A stretch of DNA of 64,000 nt. Origin: the human T2T-CHM13v2.0 reference genome, Homo sapiens. Made by a program: the position numbers and the translations under genes. Position 1 is the first letter of the stretch. The number at the start of each line of letters is the position of its first letter. The DNA lies in NCBI RefSeq assembly GCF_009914755.1, contig NC_060939.1; one strand, given 5' to 3'. Below the pieces are notes generated by a model. It searched no databases. It was not told the DNA's origin and was given only the letters and a program-made list of their open reading frames with translations. Of this stretch, positions 27,727-44,191 are shown in pieces.

Positions 27727-28051
27727 TAGTAGATGTCCTGTTTATAGAACTTACTTGTGCCCTCCAGACCCATCCAGGCCAGATTGCAAATGAACTATTT
27801 TCATTGTGCACTGCTGTTGTGCCCGTCCTACCTAATGACTTGGAGGGTGTGCCAGTGTCCAAACCCTGATGCATGGTCTCAAATGGGACCCTGTAGCACA
27901 CAGGATCTGCTTCTCAAATGGTGACGAATTCTCTGCTGCAAATGGCATGGCCTTGCTCCAGAACCCTGGGGCGCTGTGCTGGACCCCCCTACCTCACAAA
28001 GTGTCCTTACCTACTATGAAATCCTCTGGTACAGTGGATTAATTACAGCAG

Positions 28052-28417
28052 TGATATGGTTTGGCTGGGTCCCCACCCAAATCTCATCTTGAATTGTAGC
28101 TCCCATAATTCCCATGTGTTGTAGGAGGGACCCAGTGGGAGATCATTGAATCATGGGGGCAGTTTCCCTCATACTGCTCTTATGGTAGTGAATAAGTCTC
28201 ATGAGATCTGATGGTTTTATAAGGGGAAACCCCTTTCACTTGGCTCTCATTCTCTTCTCTTGTCTGCCACCATGTGAGACATGCCTTTCACCTTCTGCCA
28301 TGATTGTGAGGCCTCCCCAGCCATGTGGAACTGTGAGTCCATTAAACCTCTTTCTTTTGTAAAATTGCCCTAGTCTTGGGTATGTCTTTATCAGCAGCAT
28401 GAAAATGCACTAATACA
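28052..28417 (+). mobile_element. THE1D-like solo LTR
   Basis: TGATATGGTTTGGCTG...CTAATACA; TSD AGCAG/AGCAA. Confidence 0.9.
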
Positions 28418-28948
28418 AGCAATCACATGCTGCAAGTGGCAAGGCTGGTTGTATCACATCCCGAATCTAGATCAGAATTCTCTACTGCTCTGGGCTCTGG
28501 CCAAGAAGTCCCAGCCATTGGAATTCAGTCTCTCTTGTGGGACTGTGATAAGGCTCGGGAGGCACATGGGCAAGAAAATGAGAGGTGGAGACATTAGTTC
28601 CTGATTGCTCTTTTTTTGCTGTTCCCCCCCGCCTCAAAACTAGTATTTTTTTTTTTCCATACAACATCTGTTTTCAGTGATGGCCCATCTCTTTTCTCCT
28701 TTGTAAATAGAGTGTACCTTTCCTTTGAGCTCTACCTCCAGGTATGTAATATTATGTGTATCCCACCCTGATCCTAAGAATGTTTCCGTTTAATGACTGA
28801 CAGCACATTGAAATAGCTCATTCATCTAGGATATTCTTTTCAACATTTATTTGTATTGGATTTAGGAGGAACTTAGAATTCCTGTGTTAGCAGTTGGGAA
28901 TGTAAAGTTAATTTTTTTGCCATCTGCCATTTCTTTAAAAAGTCTAGG

Positions 28949-29923
<975 letters not shown>

Positions 29924-30171
29924 TCCAGACTCATTCCCAGTAATTCTTCATATCCACGCAGAACTTTAGAGGCTACAAAAATCCCCCTACACCTTCTCTA
30001 GTTTGTTTCTTGAAAATGTGATCAATGGATTTATGACCTCCCTGTTGGAGATCAGAAACTGAAGATCAGAGATATGAACTGATTTTCCCAAGATAACCCA
30101 GCCAGTCTGAAAGTAGCAGAGGTGGAACCCAGATCTGGCCATTCAGAGTCTAATTCTGTAATGAACAGAGC

Positions 30172-30525
30172 AGTAATTCCCAAACTTGTCTGTATATTCA
30201 AATCACTTGGAGATCTTTAAAATTTCCAAAGTCTAGCCACACCCTAGATGAATTAAATCACAAGATCTGGGGTGGGACACAGGCGTCATTAGTTTCTGAA
30301 GCTCCGTGATGGCGTCACTGGGCAGCCACTTTTGGGAATCACTGGTATACATTCTTGTTCCTCAAAGTGTGGCCCATGGACTCATAGTATCAGCATCACT
30401 GGGGAGCTCGCCTTGTCAGAAAGCCATCTTCTCAAACCCACCCCAGACCTACTGAATCAGAACCTACCTTTTAACAGGATCTTCCAGATGATTCCAGTGC
30501 ATGATAAAGCTTGAGAACTCTAAAG
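30172..30525. mobile_element. MER5B plus MER5A fossils
   Basis: CCCAAACTTGTCTG; TCAAAGTGTGG..CAGCATCACTGGGGAG. Confidence 0.7.
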
Positions 30526-31974
30526 CATAGCATACTCCTTTTAGGTGAAATAAAATATAGTCCAGTACATTTTCATTATGGAGTTTATTGAAAAAGGCAG
30601 TAACCATGGTTTCATATTGGTAGCCATTATGTTTTCATTAAATTAATATTATATAATTAGGGTGCTGCTTTCTTGGTTTTATTATGACTGTATTTCTGAA
30701 TGATTATTATACACTCCCTTTCTATTGCACAGAATTGATGTAAGAAGACTAGGGAAATTGCCCTGAATCTCTTTCCATGCATTTCTCTCAACCTTTAAAT
30801 GCACCTTTATTTAACAACAAAAGTTCAACTTTTTCCCCCTCATTCAATCAGCAGACTTTTACCAAGAACTTATACTGTATATGATGTTGAGAGGTGAGAT
30901 GAGAAATAAAAAAAAAAACCACTTCAAGTCTTTTTGTATGTTTTCAAGAGGCTTACAGTTTGTAGCAAAAAGCTAGCACATGCACCCAAATGGCTGTAAA
31001 ATAAGAGAACACAGGGCACACCATGAGGGTGTGTAGATAAGGTGCCCTGTGATTCAGGAATAGGAGAGGCCACTTCCTGCTACTAGGATTAGGGAAATTG
31101 CCATGAAGGAGGTGACCTTTGTGTTAAAGGATTTGGACATTCAGAGGGGAGGGAAGCTGTTTTTACAAGAGAGAACGACCTCCCAGGATGGCTTCAATCA
31201 TTAGGTGAATACTGATATGTATTAGTCAGAATGCCTGGTAGTAAGGGACTGATATCCTACTCAACCTAGTTAAAGCTGGAAGGAAGATTTTGGGCTCAGA
31301 GAATCTACAGATGTGAACAATCAAACTGTGGAGAGGACTCTGGAACATTGGGAACCACAGACTCAAAAGCTTCCAGAACTCTTTCTTCCTATTTTTTTCT
31401 TTATGTCAGTTTCATCTTTTCTTCCTTTAGACTGGCTTTTTCAACATGAGAGAAGCATGGCTGCAAACCACTCCTGTCTATTTACATCCTACACCTTCCA
31501 ATACCAGAGAGTGAAATCCCAGATTTTTGGTAACTGCTTCAAAATAATATGACGACGGAGGAAAAAGATGGATGTATGGCTGAACCAAGATAGGTCAATG
31601 AATCATTGTTGAAGCTGGGTATTACACAGATGGGAGTCTGTTATGCTATTCTGTTTGTTTGTTTTTTTAAGACCCAGGACAACACACTGAACATTATGCT
31701 ATTCTGTAGACTTTTGTACATGCTGGATGTTTAAATTTTAAAAACATCCCCATGAAGCAATCATACTTAGCTTCTCTTGAGTCAGACACCTGCCTCTGGA
31801 TCAGGCAACAGTGGCCAGGGAATGTGGTGATGGAGGAACTTGGCAGTTCCAAAGAGAGCCTCATGGTGGGGACTGTGAGGTAGGATAGAGGAGCTGTTCC
31901 TGGAATAAAGGAGGCTCTATTTCCAGAGGAAAGGAGGGAAGGCATCCAGGGCAGAGATGATTGATTTACAGTGA

Positions 31975-32560
31975 CTCCACCTTGTTATTATCAGCCTCCA
32001 TTTCTCTCTCCTGGGCTCTAGGCCCATATTTCTGAGAATCATCAGATTGTCCCAACTGGATGTCCCTGGGCACCTCTAAATTGACACATTTAAAATCAGA
32101 CTCTTCATCATCTCGTGTTCCTGCAATGTTTTCATCTTCCACTCAGTACTCTAACCAGAAATTTCTGAGTCATGTTCAACTGATCCTGCTTCCTCACCAT
32201 TCCCATATTTCAGTTTTGTCATATCTACTTCTGAAATAATTATTGACTCCATCCCTTCCTCCCTATTTCCAGCTTCGCTACACCAGGTCAGAAGTCTCCT
32301 AACCTCAAGGGCTCTGAAGTCCGCACCACCTCATACAAGACATCACAACTTTCTACAACACCTATTTAATCTTTTCATCCCTGGGCTTCAAGTCTTCAAG
32401 AATTTCTTGTGGTCTCATAACAAACATAAGGCATCATGAGCTTAAGCTCTTATAAGGTTGTTAAAAATCGGGTCTTAGATTACTTTTAAAGCTTTAAAGC
32501 TTCTCACCTCCCAATATCGTATACAGTATAAGTGCTCAGTAAAAGTCTGCTGATTGAATC
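31975..32560 (+). mobile_element. L2 3' fragment
   Basis: TGGATGTCCCTGGGCACCTCTAAA; GTGCTCAGTAAA..TGATTGAAT tail. Confidence 0.65.
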
Positions 32561-32689
32561 AGGGGAAATGAAAGTTTAACTTTTGTTGGAAAGCAAAGGT
32601 GCAGTGTCATTTAAAGCCATTTATATTCATTAGGCTACACACAACATGCACATCTAATTCTCCTGTACTTTTGCTTATGGCTCTTCCTT

Positions 32690-33800
<1,111 letters not shown>

Positions 33801-34129
33801 GCTCCTTCTTGATTATGGACACATTGGCTCAATTCTACAAGATTGGGCTTAAAACTCACCTCCTTCATGAAAAGCCTCTGACTTCTTCAGTAGTCACTTC
33901 CTCTTTTGTGCTCTTAGACGACCTTTTAGTATGGCACTTCTAATGCCATGCAGTAATTATCCTTTTTTTTTTTTTTTTTTTGCCTTCTTATCCTCCTCCC
34001 TGGCAAAAGCCCAATTTTAATCATCATGATGTATCTCTTGTACATAATGCAACAAAAAAACATTTAAAAAATAAATTTGAAAGCTACAACACAGAATAAT
34101 GGGCCCTCTTGGTTACAAGGGATCCCAGC

Positions 34130-34520
34130 ATTCTAGTTCAGCCACCTGTGACAGATTAGACTTTGACATAATCAGCTCCAGTGAAGGGAACTCTCTCCTG
34201 AGGGAGCCCATTCTATTTTTGGAGAACTTTTGTAAGGTCCCTCCTTGTACTGACCCTTGAATCCTTCTCTCTGCAATTCTTGCCAATTAGTCCAAGTTCT
34301 AGTTCTTGGAACCTCCTGAATGACTATTGGACTTCAGAAATCAGCTCTCCTGTTCTTCAAACTAAACATCAAACATTCTTTCAAGAACTGCTCACAAGGC
34401 ACAGGTTGAATTTCTAAGCTTCTGCACATGCTTCAGCTTGTCTCAATCTCTCTGTATATGTGGCTCCAGAATTGTGTATGATAACAGGTGTGGTCTGATT
34501 GGGAACAGGACATCAACAAG
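34130..34520 (-). mobile_element. Probable L3/CR1 fragment
   Basis: Degenerate GCCCATTCTATTTT and AGGTGTGGTCTGA motifs. Confidence 0.4.
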
Positions 34521-34647
34521 GAAGTCTCATGAGTAAGAAGACTCGTGAGCAATATTGAAGGCACGGCTGATGTTGTGCAATGAGATACCAATTTCCACAG
34601 CCAAGCACAGCAGCCCATGATGAAGAACAAAGGAGACAGGTGTTTGT

Positions 34648-34938
34648 GTTTTTATTTATTTTGAGATAGGGTGTTGCTCTGTCACCCAGGCTGAAGTGCA
34701 GTGGTATAATCACGGCTCACTTCAGTGTCAACCTCCTAGGCTCAGGTGATCCTCCTCCCATCTCAGCCTTCCAAGTAGCTGGGACCACAGGTGTACGCCA
34801 CCATGGCCAGCTAATTTTTTTCATTAATATGTTTTATAGAGACATGGGTTTTACATGTTGTTCACACTGGTCTCGAACTCCTGGGCTCAAGCGATCCTCC
34901 CACTTCCTCATTCCTAAGTGCTGGGAGGGATTACAGGA
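34648..34938 (-). mobile_element. AluJ
   Basis: Antisense Alu dimer. Confidence 0.9.
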
Positions 34939-35337
34939 GTGAGCCACTGCACCTGGCCTGCTTGTGTTTATTCAGGGCTACAGATTGGCAAGGTAAGAAT
35001 AGTGAAGGATCACAGAAAAGGAACCTCTCTGGAATTCCATTTCATCCATTTATATCATGTTCTTCACACTGTCATCTTGAGAGCAGTCCCCTCATTCTTC
35101 AAAGACTTCGTCATCTAAAGTGAATTTGTTCAGACTTTCCTCTGTAAGTTTTCAGAAGTTATTGATTTTTAAAAAATCTATCCCTTCTTCTTATTTGATG
35201 TGGCAAAGAGAAAGACACTTTTCACATTATTTTCCTAACAATATGTTGCTTAAAATTTGATAAACTAGTAATTCTTTTGAAATTACACGAGGAAACAAAA
35301 TAAACCTTATCTCATTAGATTTAAAAAGAATAAAATA

Positions 35338-35429
35338 GTGCTCACTTCAGCAGCACATATACAAAAATTGGAATGATACAGAGAAGATTAGCATGGACCC
35401 TGCATGAGTATGATACACAAATTTGTGAA
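35338..35429 (+). pseudogene. U6 snRNA retropseudogene, 3'-truncated
   Basis: GTGCTCACTTCAGCAGCACATATAC...ACAGAGAAGATTAGCATGG...TTTGTGAA corresponds to U6 nt 1 to ~92; CpG decay; A-rich tail and TSD-like ATAAAAT. Confidence 0.95.
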
Positions 35430-36117
35430 AAATAAAAATAAAAACATAAAATGGAGTGTCCAAGTCACCCATGATTGGTGTTGTTCTGTAAACATGGGAG
35501 AATCAGACTCCAGGGCAGGGTGCCATGAAAGAAGGAATGGGCTTCATGGATCTCTATTCTTCACTGTAAGATTATGGGGGGTGGGGGGTGGGAGCTGGGG
35601 ATCAGGGAGATGTGTGGAACTCTCCCTTCCTGGAGTGCCCATTTCAAAATTAAAGCAGGAGCAATTTGTTAGACATAAAGAAGAAATTTCTGACGATCGG
35701 GGTCTCCAAATATTGGAACACTTCAACAACACGAAACATCAACATTCTGTGAAACAGCAAACTGACACATGACTAGGGAAGGAATGTCCCTCAAGAGGGT
35801 CAAGATTAATATTCGTGTCCTGGAGATAGGGCGTCCAGATCAGAAGGGCTTTAGATTGAAATTAGAGGAGGAGACAAACACCTAGATAGACTTGTGAAAC
35901 CAGTTGCTATGGAAGACAGGTGTGACTTCTACAGGAAGAGCCTTATTTTGTAAATGATATGTGCAACCTCCACTGCCTACATAATAACGTGTATTTCACT
36001 GGTAATAATGTGGACGTGAGATATAATATAGTATAGTACAAACAGTCTTAGGAGGATAAGGTTACTTCGTCTGATAGGAATTCAAGAGAGGAATATGGGA
36101 ATTAAAATACTTCTATA

Positions 36118-36335
36118 AGTCAGGCAAGGTGGCTCATGCCTGTAATCCCAGCACTTTGGGAGGCTGAGGCAGGCATGGTGGTGGGCACCTGTAGCCCCAC
36201 CTACTCAGGGGGCTGAGATGGGAGTATCACTTGAGCCTGGGAAGTTGAGGCTGCAGTGAACCAAGATTGCACCACTGTACTCCAGTCTGGGTGACAGAGT
36301 GAGACCCTGTGGCAAAAACAAAAACAAAACAAAAC
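36118..36335 (+). mobile_element. Alu with internal deletion fusing the left arm to the right arm
   Basis: GAGGCTGAGGCAGGC joins directly to ATGGTGGTGGGCACCTG. Confidence 0.85.
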
Positions 36336-36353
36336 CTTACAAATACATCTTTA

Positions 36354-36667
<314 letters not shown>

Positions 36668-36759
36668 TTATTTTTACAAAATAAAAGTACATTTTTTATA
36701 ATGACCAGTTAGAAGGGAAACTGCAATGCACCAAAGACTCACAGACCATGGCCATATGT

Positions 36760-37790
36760 CAAGGGCCAGATGCTGCATTGGGCCCTAGGAATGTGATGAT
36801 AATCAAGGCAACTATCCTTCCTGTCCTTGTGGAGTCTAATGGGGGGTAAGGGAAGAGAGTATGGCCTGTTTAAGGGACTGAGAGAAGGTTCTGATGAGGT
36901 GGGAAATGGCTAGAGATAAAGTTAGAGAGACAAGAAAGGATGCAGGGGCCACATAATGGAATTTAGACCTTATCTTAATGTCAAGGGCATGTCATTAAAG
37001 GATCTGAAGCAGGAACGGGACATGAACACATTTTATGGGGAACAAGAATTGAGGCAGAGCCTAGAAGCTAAGACAGCAATCTATGCACGAAAGAATTGTG
37101 GCTTGAGGCTGGGCAGGCGGCTCTCGCCTGTAATCCCAGCACTCTGGGAGGGTGAGGCAGGCAGATTGCTTGAGTCCAGGAGTTCAAGACCAGCCTGGAC
37201 AACATGAAAACCCCATCTCTACTAAAAATACAAAAAATTAGCCAGCCGTGGTGGTGCTTCCTTGTAGTCCCAGCTACTCAGGAGGCTGGGGTGGGAGTAT
37301 CACCTGAGCCCAGGATGTTCAAGCTTCAGTGAGCCACGATCACACCACTGCTCTCCAGCCTGGGCAACAGAGTGAAACCCTATCTCAAAAAAATAAATAA
37401 ATAAATAAAAATAAAAAAGAATTGTAGCTTGGATTAAGGTAGGGATGGATTCAATTATAGTCAGGATTAAAATTAGCAAGACCCAGACCAACTGGAAATA
37501 GAGGGTGAAAAAAAAGAAGGAATCAAAGATAACACCAACATATCTAGCTCTGGCTTTCTGGGGAGTGCCATTCGCTGAGCTGGGAGCATGGGAGGAGGGC
37601 TCCGGTAGATGAGGTGGGGGTTTGAGCTGAGCTCCATTTCAGCCATAATAAGTAGAAGGGGCCTGCAGCTCATTGGAGTGGAGATGCCTAGGAGGCAGGT
37701 GGAATTACAGACTGAAGACGTGGGAAAAGAGGTGGGTAGGTATTCAAGATTTAGAAGTTGAGATTATCCAGGGAGAGGCCCAAGAATGAA
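36760..37790 (-). mobile_element. L2 fragment containing an Alu (37107-37420, +)
   Basis: GTGGAGATGCCTAGGAGGCAGGTGGA; GAAGGAATCAAAGATAACACCAA. Confidence 0.7.
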
Positions 37791-37818
37791 ATCATTCATC
37801 TAGACATAAATGTGTGAA

Positions 37819-38135
37819 AGGCCGGGTGTGGTGGCTCACACCTGTAATCCCAGCACTTTGAGAGGGCGAGGCAAGCCGATTGCTTGAGCCCAAGAGTTTG
37901 AGACCAGCCTGGGCAACAGAGCAAGGCCCTGTCTCTACAAAAATACAAAAAATTAGCTGGGTGTGGTGTGTGTGCCTGTAGTCCCAGCTACTCAGGAGGC
38001 TGAGGTGGGGGGATCACTTGAGTCCGAGAGGTTGAGACTGCAGTGAGCCAAGATTGCACCACTATGCTCCAGCCTGGATGATGGAGTGAGACCCTGTCTC
38101 AAAAAGCAAACAAAACAAAACAAACAAATAAAAAA
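37819..38135 (+). mobile_element. AluJ/S
   Basis: Full Alu; TSD-like AAAT(G/C)TGTGAAA. Confidence 0.9.
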
Positions 38136-38279
38136 CCACACCAAATCTGTGAAAAGGTACAGAAGGAAACTGCAGAGTACACACATATTTTTACATCAAT
38201 CCCTTCTGTACTCATTCCACAGCAACATTTTAAAAATAAATTTGTAATCTGGAAGTTTTAAATAAATAAATCTGTAATC

Positions 38280-38599
<320 letters not shown>

Positions 38600-38682
38600 T
38601 TAAAAACATAATAGTCTTATTATGGGGTATTATTTAGGAATGTGGCTAACATCAAGATATGAAAGAAGAATGGAGACATCTA

Positions 38683-38828
38683 CTTTTTTTTAATTTTAAT
38701 TATTTTTTTAAAGGCAGGACACCACTATGTCACCCAGGCTGGTCCCAAACTCCTGGGCTCAAGCAATCCTCTTGCCTCTCTGCCTTACAAAGTGCTGAGA
38801 TTACAGGCGTGAGCCACCGCATCTGGCC
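38683..38828 (-). mobile_element. Alu left monomer (FLAM-like)
   Basis: Antisense monomer. Confidence 0.8.
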
Positions 38829-38858
38829 TTTGTTAACATTTCAAGAAAAGGTAATGTC

Positions 38859-39198
<340 letters not shown>

Positions 39199-40070
39199 TC
39201 AGTATTGTAAACACTGGAGTCCTGGTTATTGACTTAGGAATTGTTGACCTTGAGAGTGTAATCCTCATCCCTGATTTTTCATATTTTTTTCTCATCTATT
39301 CAGGTCAGAGAAAAACTTTTCTAGTTATTTCACACTCAGATGGATTTGCCAAGAGCCTGAGGTACAATGGAGGACCCATTCTCTTTTAGAACTGCCAGCT
39401 GGTGACTGGGGTCACATGCCATAAAGACAAACAGCTGGTGCCTAAGTCAAGACATTCTCTTTACTTATCAAACTCTTAAGAATGCTTAGCATTATTTCCT
39501 AGGTTAAAGTTGTATCTTAGACGTTAATGGGATGCAAAATTATTTGACTTGTCTCTTTGCATAAAAGATCTTTGCCATGCTTCGGGGCATACCAGACACA
39601 ATCACCCCATAATTATGGGATAGCTCTTGGGACTGGCTTCAATTAACCAAGCTGCTTCTCAGTTACTACTATATTATCCATATTTATAGCATTTGACATT
39701 TTCACAGTGCTCTTTAATCAGATTGTATGTAGGCTGACTTAATCTAAATCTCTCACATACTTGGGATACCAGATGTTCCTGTTTTCTGGACCTTCGAGAT
39801 GGAGAAACAAGGCATGAATCAGTTGTCCGATGATGGCACCTGGGAGTTACAGTCTCAAGTTACTTGGGCAGGTCAGGGGTGGTTGAGCATTCATACTAAA
39901 GAAAAGACCTTTTTGGTAAGGTTGGTTAGGTCAATGGGACACCAAGAAACTGGGCTAAAGGTAAAAAGACATTGTCTTGAGTTCAAAGGTCCAAGGACTG
40001 GACTAGCCCAGCTAGTTCAATGGAACCTCAGGAGCCTAAAGTCCTTGCAACCACCAGGCTAACAAGGCAA

Positions 40071-40834
40071 TGAGACGGAGCAAGGATGCCTCTTAGGGGC
40101 CTGCCAGACAGCCTCTCACAAGCATGGAAGTCAAGGAAAATCTTGAGTTCTTTCTAGAGAAATTCCAGGCATCTAGCTCACCCTGAGAAGTAAGTGAGCA
40201 ACTTGATAAGCAAGAAAGTAATAGTAGCTTAAAACTATAACCAAGGAAATTAGAATCACGAGATGTTTGGTTCCACATAGAAACTAAAGATAACATCTTA
40301 CCATATCTCTCTGAGTTGTTTCAGAAACTTAAACCCCCAACAAATGGAACTGCTGGCACATACACCTCAGATAAAGGGGAACTGAGGAATGAATTCTGAC
40401 AAGAGTTCTTTGTTCTAAATTTCTTCATGAAGGGCCTGGAGGAGGTCATCTCCACAAGCCAGAATTTACATTCTTTTCTGCGGATCCCAAATTTTTAGAT
40501 AAAGCTCTGCCTCCTGAACCAACTACAAATCAGAAAATCTTTGAATCCACCTATGACCCGTGCCCTGCCTGACCCAGACATCCTGCCTTTCTAGGTCAAA
40601 CAAATATATAGTTGCCATGTATTGATTTATGACTTTGCCTGTAACCTCTGCCTCCCTACCTTTACAAACTCTTACCTGTAATCCATCAGGGACTTCAGGT
40701 CTTAAGCATGAGCTGCCTGATTCTCCTTGCTGGGTGCCCTGCAATAAATGCCCCATTTTCCCTGGCTGCAATCCCAATGCCAGTGTTTGGTTTTGCTGCA
40801 CTGGGTGAGCAGACCCCAGTTTGGTTCGGTAACA
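40071..40834 (+). mobile_element. MER39-type ERV1 solo LTR
   Basis: TGAGACGGAGC...GGTTCGGTAACA; 4-bp TSD GCAA. Confidence 0.85.
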
Positions 40835-42196
40835 GCAAGAGCTGTGAGTGGACTTCTGCTATTACGTTTTAAAGTGAGCTAACTTTGGCTTCCCTGTTCT
40901 TTATCCCCTGGGTCTAACAGTTTTCTGGGCTCTGCTGGAAGTTCTATCTCTTGTGACTGGACAGTGGTGATCAGGACCCAGGATGGAAAGTTGTCTGAAT
41001 CTGAAATAGTGAATATGGGATGCCATCACCTTATTCCTGCTCATCACCCATAAGGATTGGGCATGGACCCTGATCACAAAGATTCTGACAAAGCTTTATA
41101 TCTATTTATGAGTGGTTAATTTTACCATTCTGATTGATAGCAGCCCCAAAGAAATACTAATGCAAATCACAATAGCCAGCACTTTCAATTACATCCCATG
41201 TGATTGAAAAGATAGGGATGCATATATGCTATCCCATAGGTGCATAGCTATATATGCAGATACATGACTTTTGTTGTCTTGCTATCCTGGAAATCTACAG
41301 CAGAATCCATATGGAAATGATAACCCTCTGTCATTCTATATCTGATTCACTGAGAACACATCTGCCCCTCCTAGCCCTCCAAGATTTTTTTCTTTCATTA
41401 TAAACCATAAATCCTGTCCCCAAGTTTGTAGAGCTGGAAATCATTTGAATTTGCGGGCTGGATTTGTTAGAAATGTTTTTTGCAGTAAATGTGAAATGAG
41501 ATGAATGTTAAATTGTGCAGTGTTTTTTTCTTCTTCTGATTTAATGGTGACTATTATGCTCAGGTTTTGCTTTCTTTCATTAGATGAGTCATTTTAAAGA
41601 AGAATGACCTGTCCTGAGATTGTCTTCTGAAGTTCTGTATTTGACCAAGCACAGCTGGCTGGTTTTGTAAATGTCATTACTAAGCAAAGTTCTTTTTCAA
41701 TGAGTGGCTTTCTGGTAACTCAGCTGGGTCCTCGGTGCTGCTCCACACATGGTCACACATTGTCACATACTCCAAGGCAATTCTTCAAACCTCAGTGTTC
41801 CTTGTTAACCCATCCAATCTTTTCTATCTTCACTTACTCTCAATAAATAACTGCCCACACAGTTCAGTGACCAGGTGAAAACTTCTTCAACTTCCCTACT
41901 TACAGCCTCATACTCTTTATTTCTTCACAACTGACCTTACAGGTGAAATGTTGTCTTTGGTCAAGCCTGGTCCTCTATTTGTACTTTTGTTTCTCTACTG
42001 CCCTCCTTCTCTTCTGGGTACATCAGGCATTCCCTCCTGAATTTTCCATTTCTTCTCATTGTCTCCTTCTCCCTGCCTGCAAAACCACAAAGTCTCTTCT
42101 ATATTTTCAAAGAAATACCCTTCCCTAAAAACAAAATATAGTCATGTTTCTCTTCCACCCTTTGCCACCAAGCTCCTCTAAAACATTCTACACCCA

Positions 42197-43459
42197 TGTA
42201 GTGGGTCGAATAATGTCCCAACAAAATTCATGTCCACCCAGCGATACAGGAGACAGGGAAATACTGGGTAGAAGAGGGCGGTTCCCCGGCAAAGGCCCCA
42301 CCCTCAAGCCTGAAGACTCGTGGCCCTACATGAGGACAGGCATTTCTGTTTTCACGCCCAAAAAGTTGCCTTTTGGCTCACCATGCTCCCTATCCTGCCC
42401 CCATATAAACCCCGAATCCCAAACTCCAGATAAGACCCACAAGTGAGGAGACAAGGAGGCAAGTAGACCAGCAGACCAGCGATAGCAGAATGACATGGCA
42501 GAGAAAGAGAGAAGAGGAGGGATGTCTGGACACCGAGGGGAGTTCGGCCGAGGGTGGTCGGAGAAGAGTCCGGCCACTGGGTTGACTGACTCCTGAGGAA
42601 GATCACCTTCCCGCTCCATCCCCCTTCTGGCTCCCCATCCATCTCTCTGAGAGCCATCTTCACCACTCAATAAAACCTTGCACTCATCCTTCAAGCCTGT
42701 GTGTGATCTGATTCTTTCAGGATACTGGGTAAGAGCTTGGGATACAGAAGGCTGTCACATTGGCCCCCTCCCTGCCCTTGTGATAAGGCAGAGGGTCCAT
42801 TGAGCTGATTAACACACAAGCCATCTGCAGATGGCAAAGCTAAAGGAGCACACTGTAACACATGCCCACTTGGACTTTGGGAGTCACAGACACCCACCCC
42901 TAGATGCAACTACGGGCCGAGAGCCCAAAGCACTCTCCCCAGCCTCTCTGTACCTACCTGTCTGCATGCTCCACCTAGGGGTTTGAGCTCAGGGTGACCA
43001 AACAGGCAAGCCACACCCCTGTTTGGTCCCCACACCCAAGTCAGGGAACTCTCTCATTTCACTAGAGCCTCAGAATGTGAGCTTATTTGGAAATAGTCTT
43101 TGCAGAATTAATTACTTAAGAATCATTAGATTTAAATAATCACAGATCTATGGTGGGCTCTAAATCCAATGACTGGTGTCTTTATAAAGAAAGGAGAGAG
43201 ATATTTTGATACACTGAGAGACACAGAGAAGGCCATGTGAAGACAGAGGCAGAGATTAGAGCAATGCAGCCACAAGCCAAGGAATGTCTAGAGCTCCCAG
43301 AAGCTGGAACAATCAAGGAAAGAGCCTTCCTTGAGAAAGTATGGCCTGATACTGTTATTTCAGGCTGCCAGCAGTAAAAGAGAATGAATCTCTGATGCCA
43401 GCAGTAAAAGCCACCCAGGTTTTGGCAATTTGTTATGGCAGCCCTAGGAAATTAATAAA
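42197..43459 (+). mobile_element. MLT1C-type MaLR LTR interrupted by MER50
   Basis: AATTCATGTCCACCCAG|CCTCAGAATGTGAGCTTATTTGGAAATAG; GCAGCCCTAGGAAA end. Confidence 0.8.
42242..43061 (+). mobile_element. MER50 ERV1 solo LTR
   Basis: GGAGACAGGGAAATACTGGGTAGAAGAGGGCGGTTCCCCGGC; TSD CCAG/CTAG. Confidence 0.85.
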
Positions 43460-43559
43460 ATCCTCCTTCCTCCTGCTTACCAGATGTTTGAGCAAGAATC
43501 ATAACTGAAATTTTATTGAGCACCTAATATATTCCTATTTCCAAGTTTATTTTCTGTTT

Positions 43560-43901
<342 letters not shown>

Positions 43902-44191
43902 TGATCTTTAGTCTCTTAGAGGTAGGGGCCATTATTATTCAAATTTATATAGATGAAGTAACTGAAGCTTAGAGTGCTTACAAGATCACACAGCTAAAGG
44001 GGAGAGTTAGGGTTCAGGCCCAAGTCTAGCAGATTCCATAGTCCAAACTGTCAATCATAATCACAACTGGCCACTACATGATCCTCAATTTCTTGCAATT
44101 TAGGTTCCATTCAAAATATGACAATGTTTCCTTAATACCTAACAACGGTAGTGTTTTTCTGGTCCACTGTATAACATTTCATGTTTAGCCC

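Larger units (their letters stand above)
26730..28000 (-). mobile_element. ERVL pol relic (tether/RNase H region), split into ~27727-28000 and ~26730-26990
   Basis: Minus-strand peptides GFWSKAMPFAAENSSPFEKQIL and SAQYVGSSQRWTAA match ERVL pol motifs. Confidence 0.85.
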
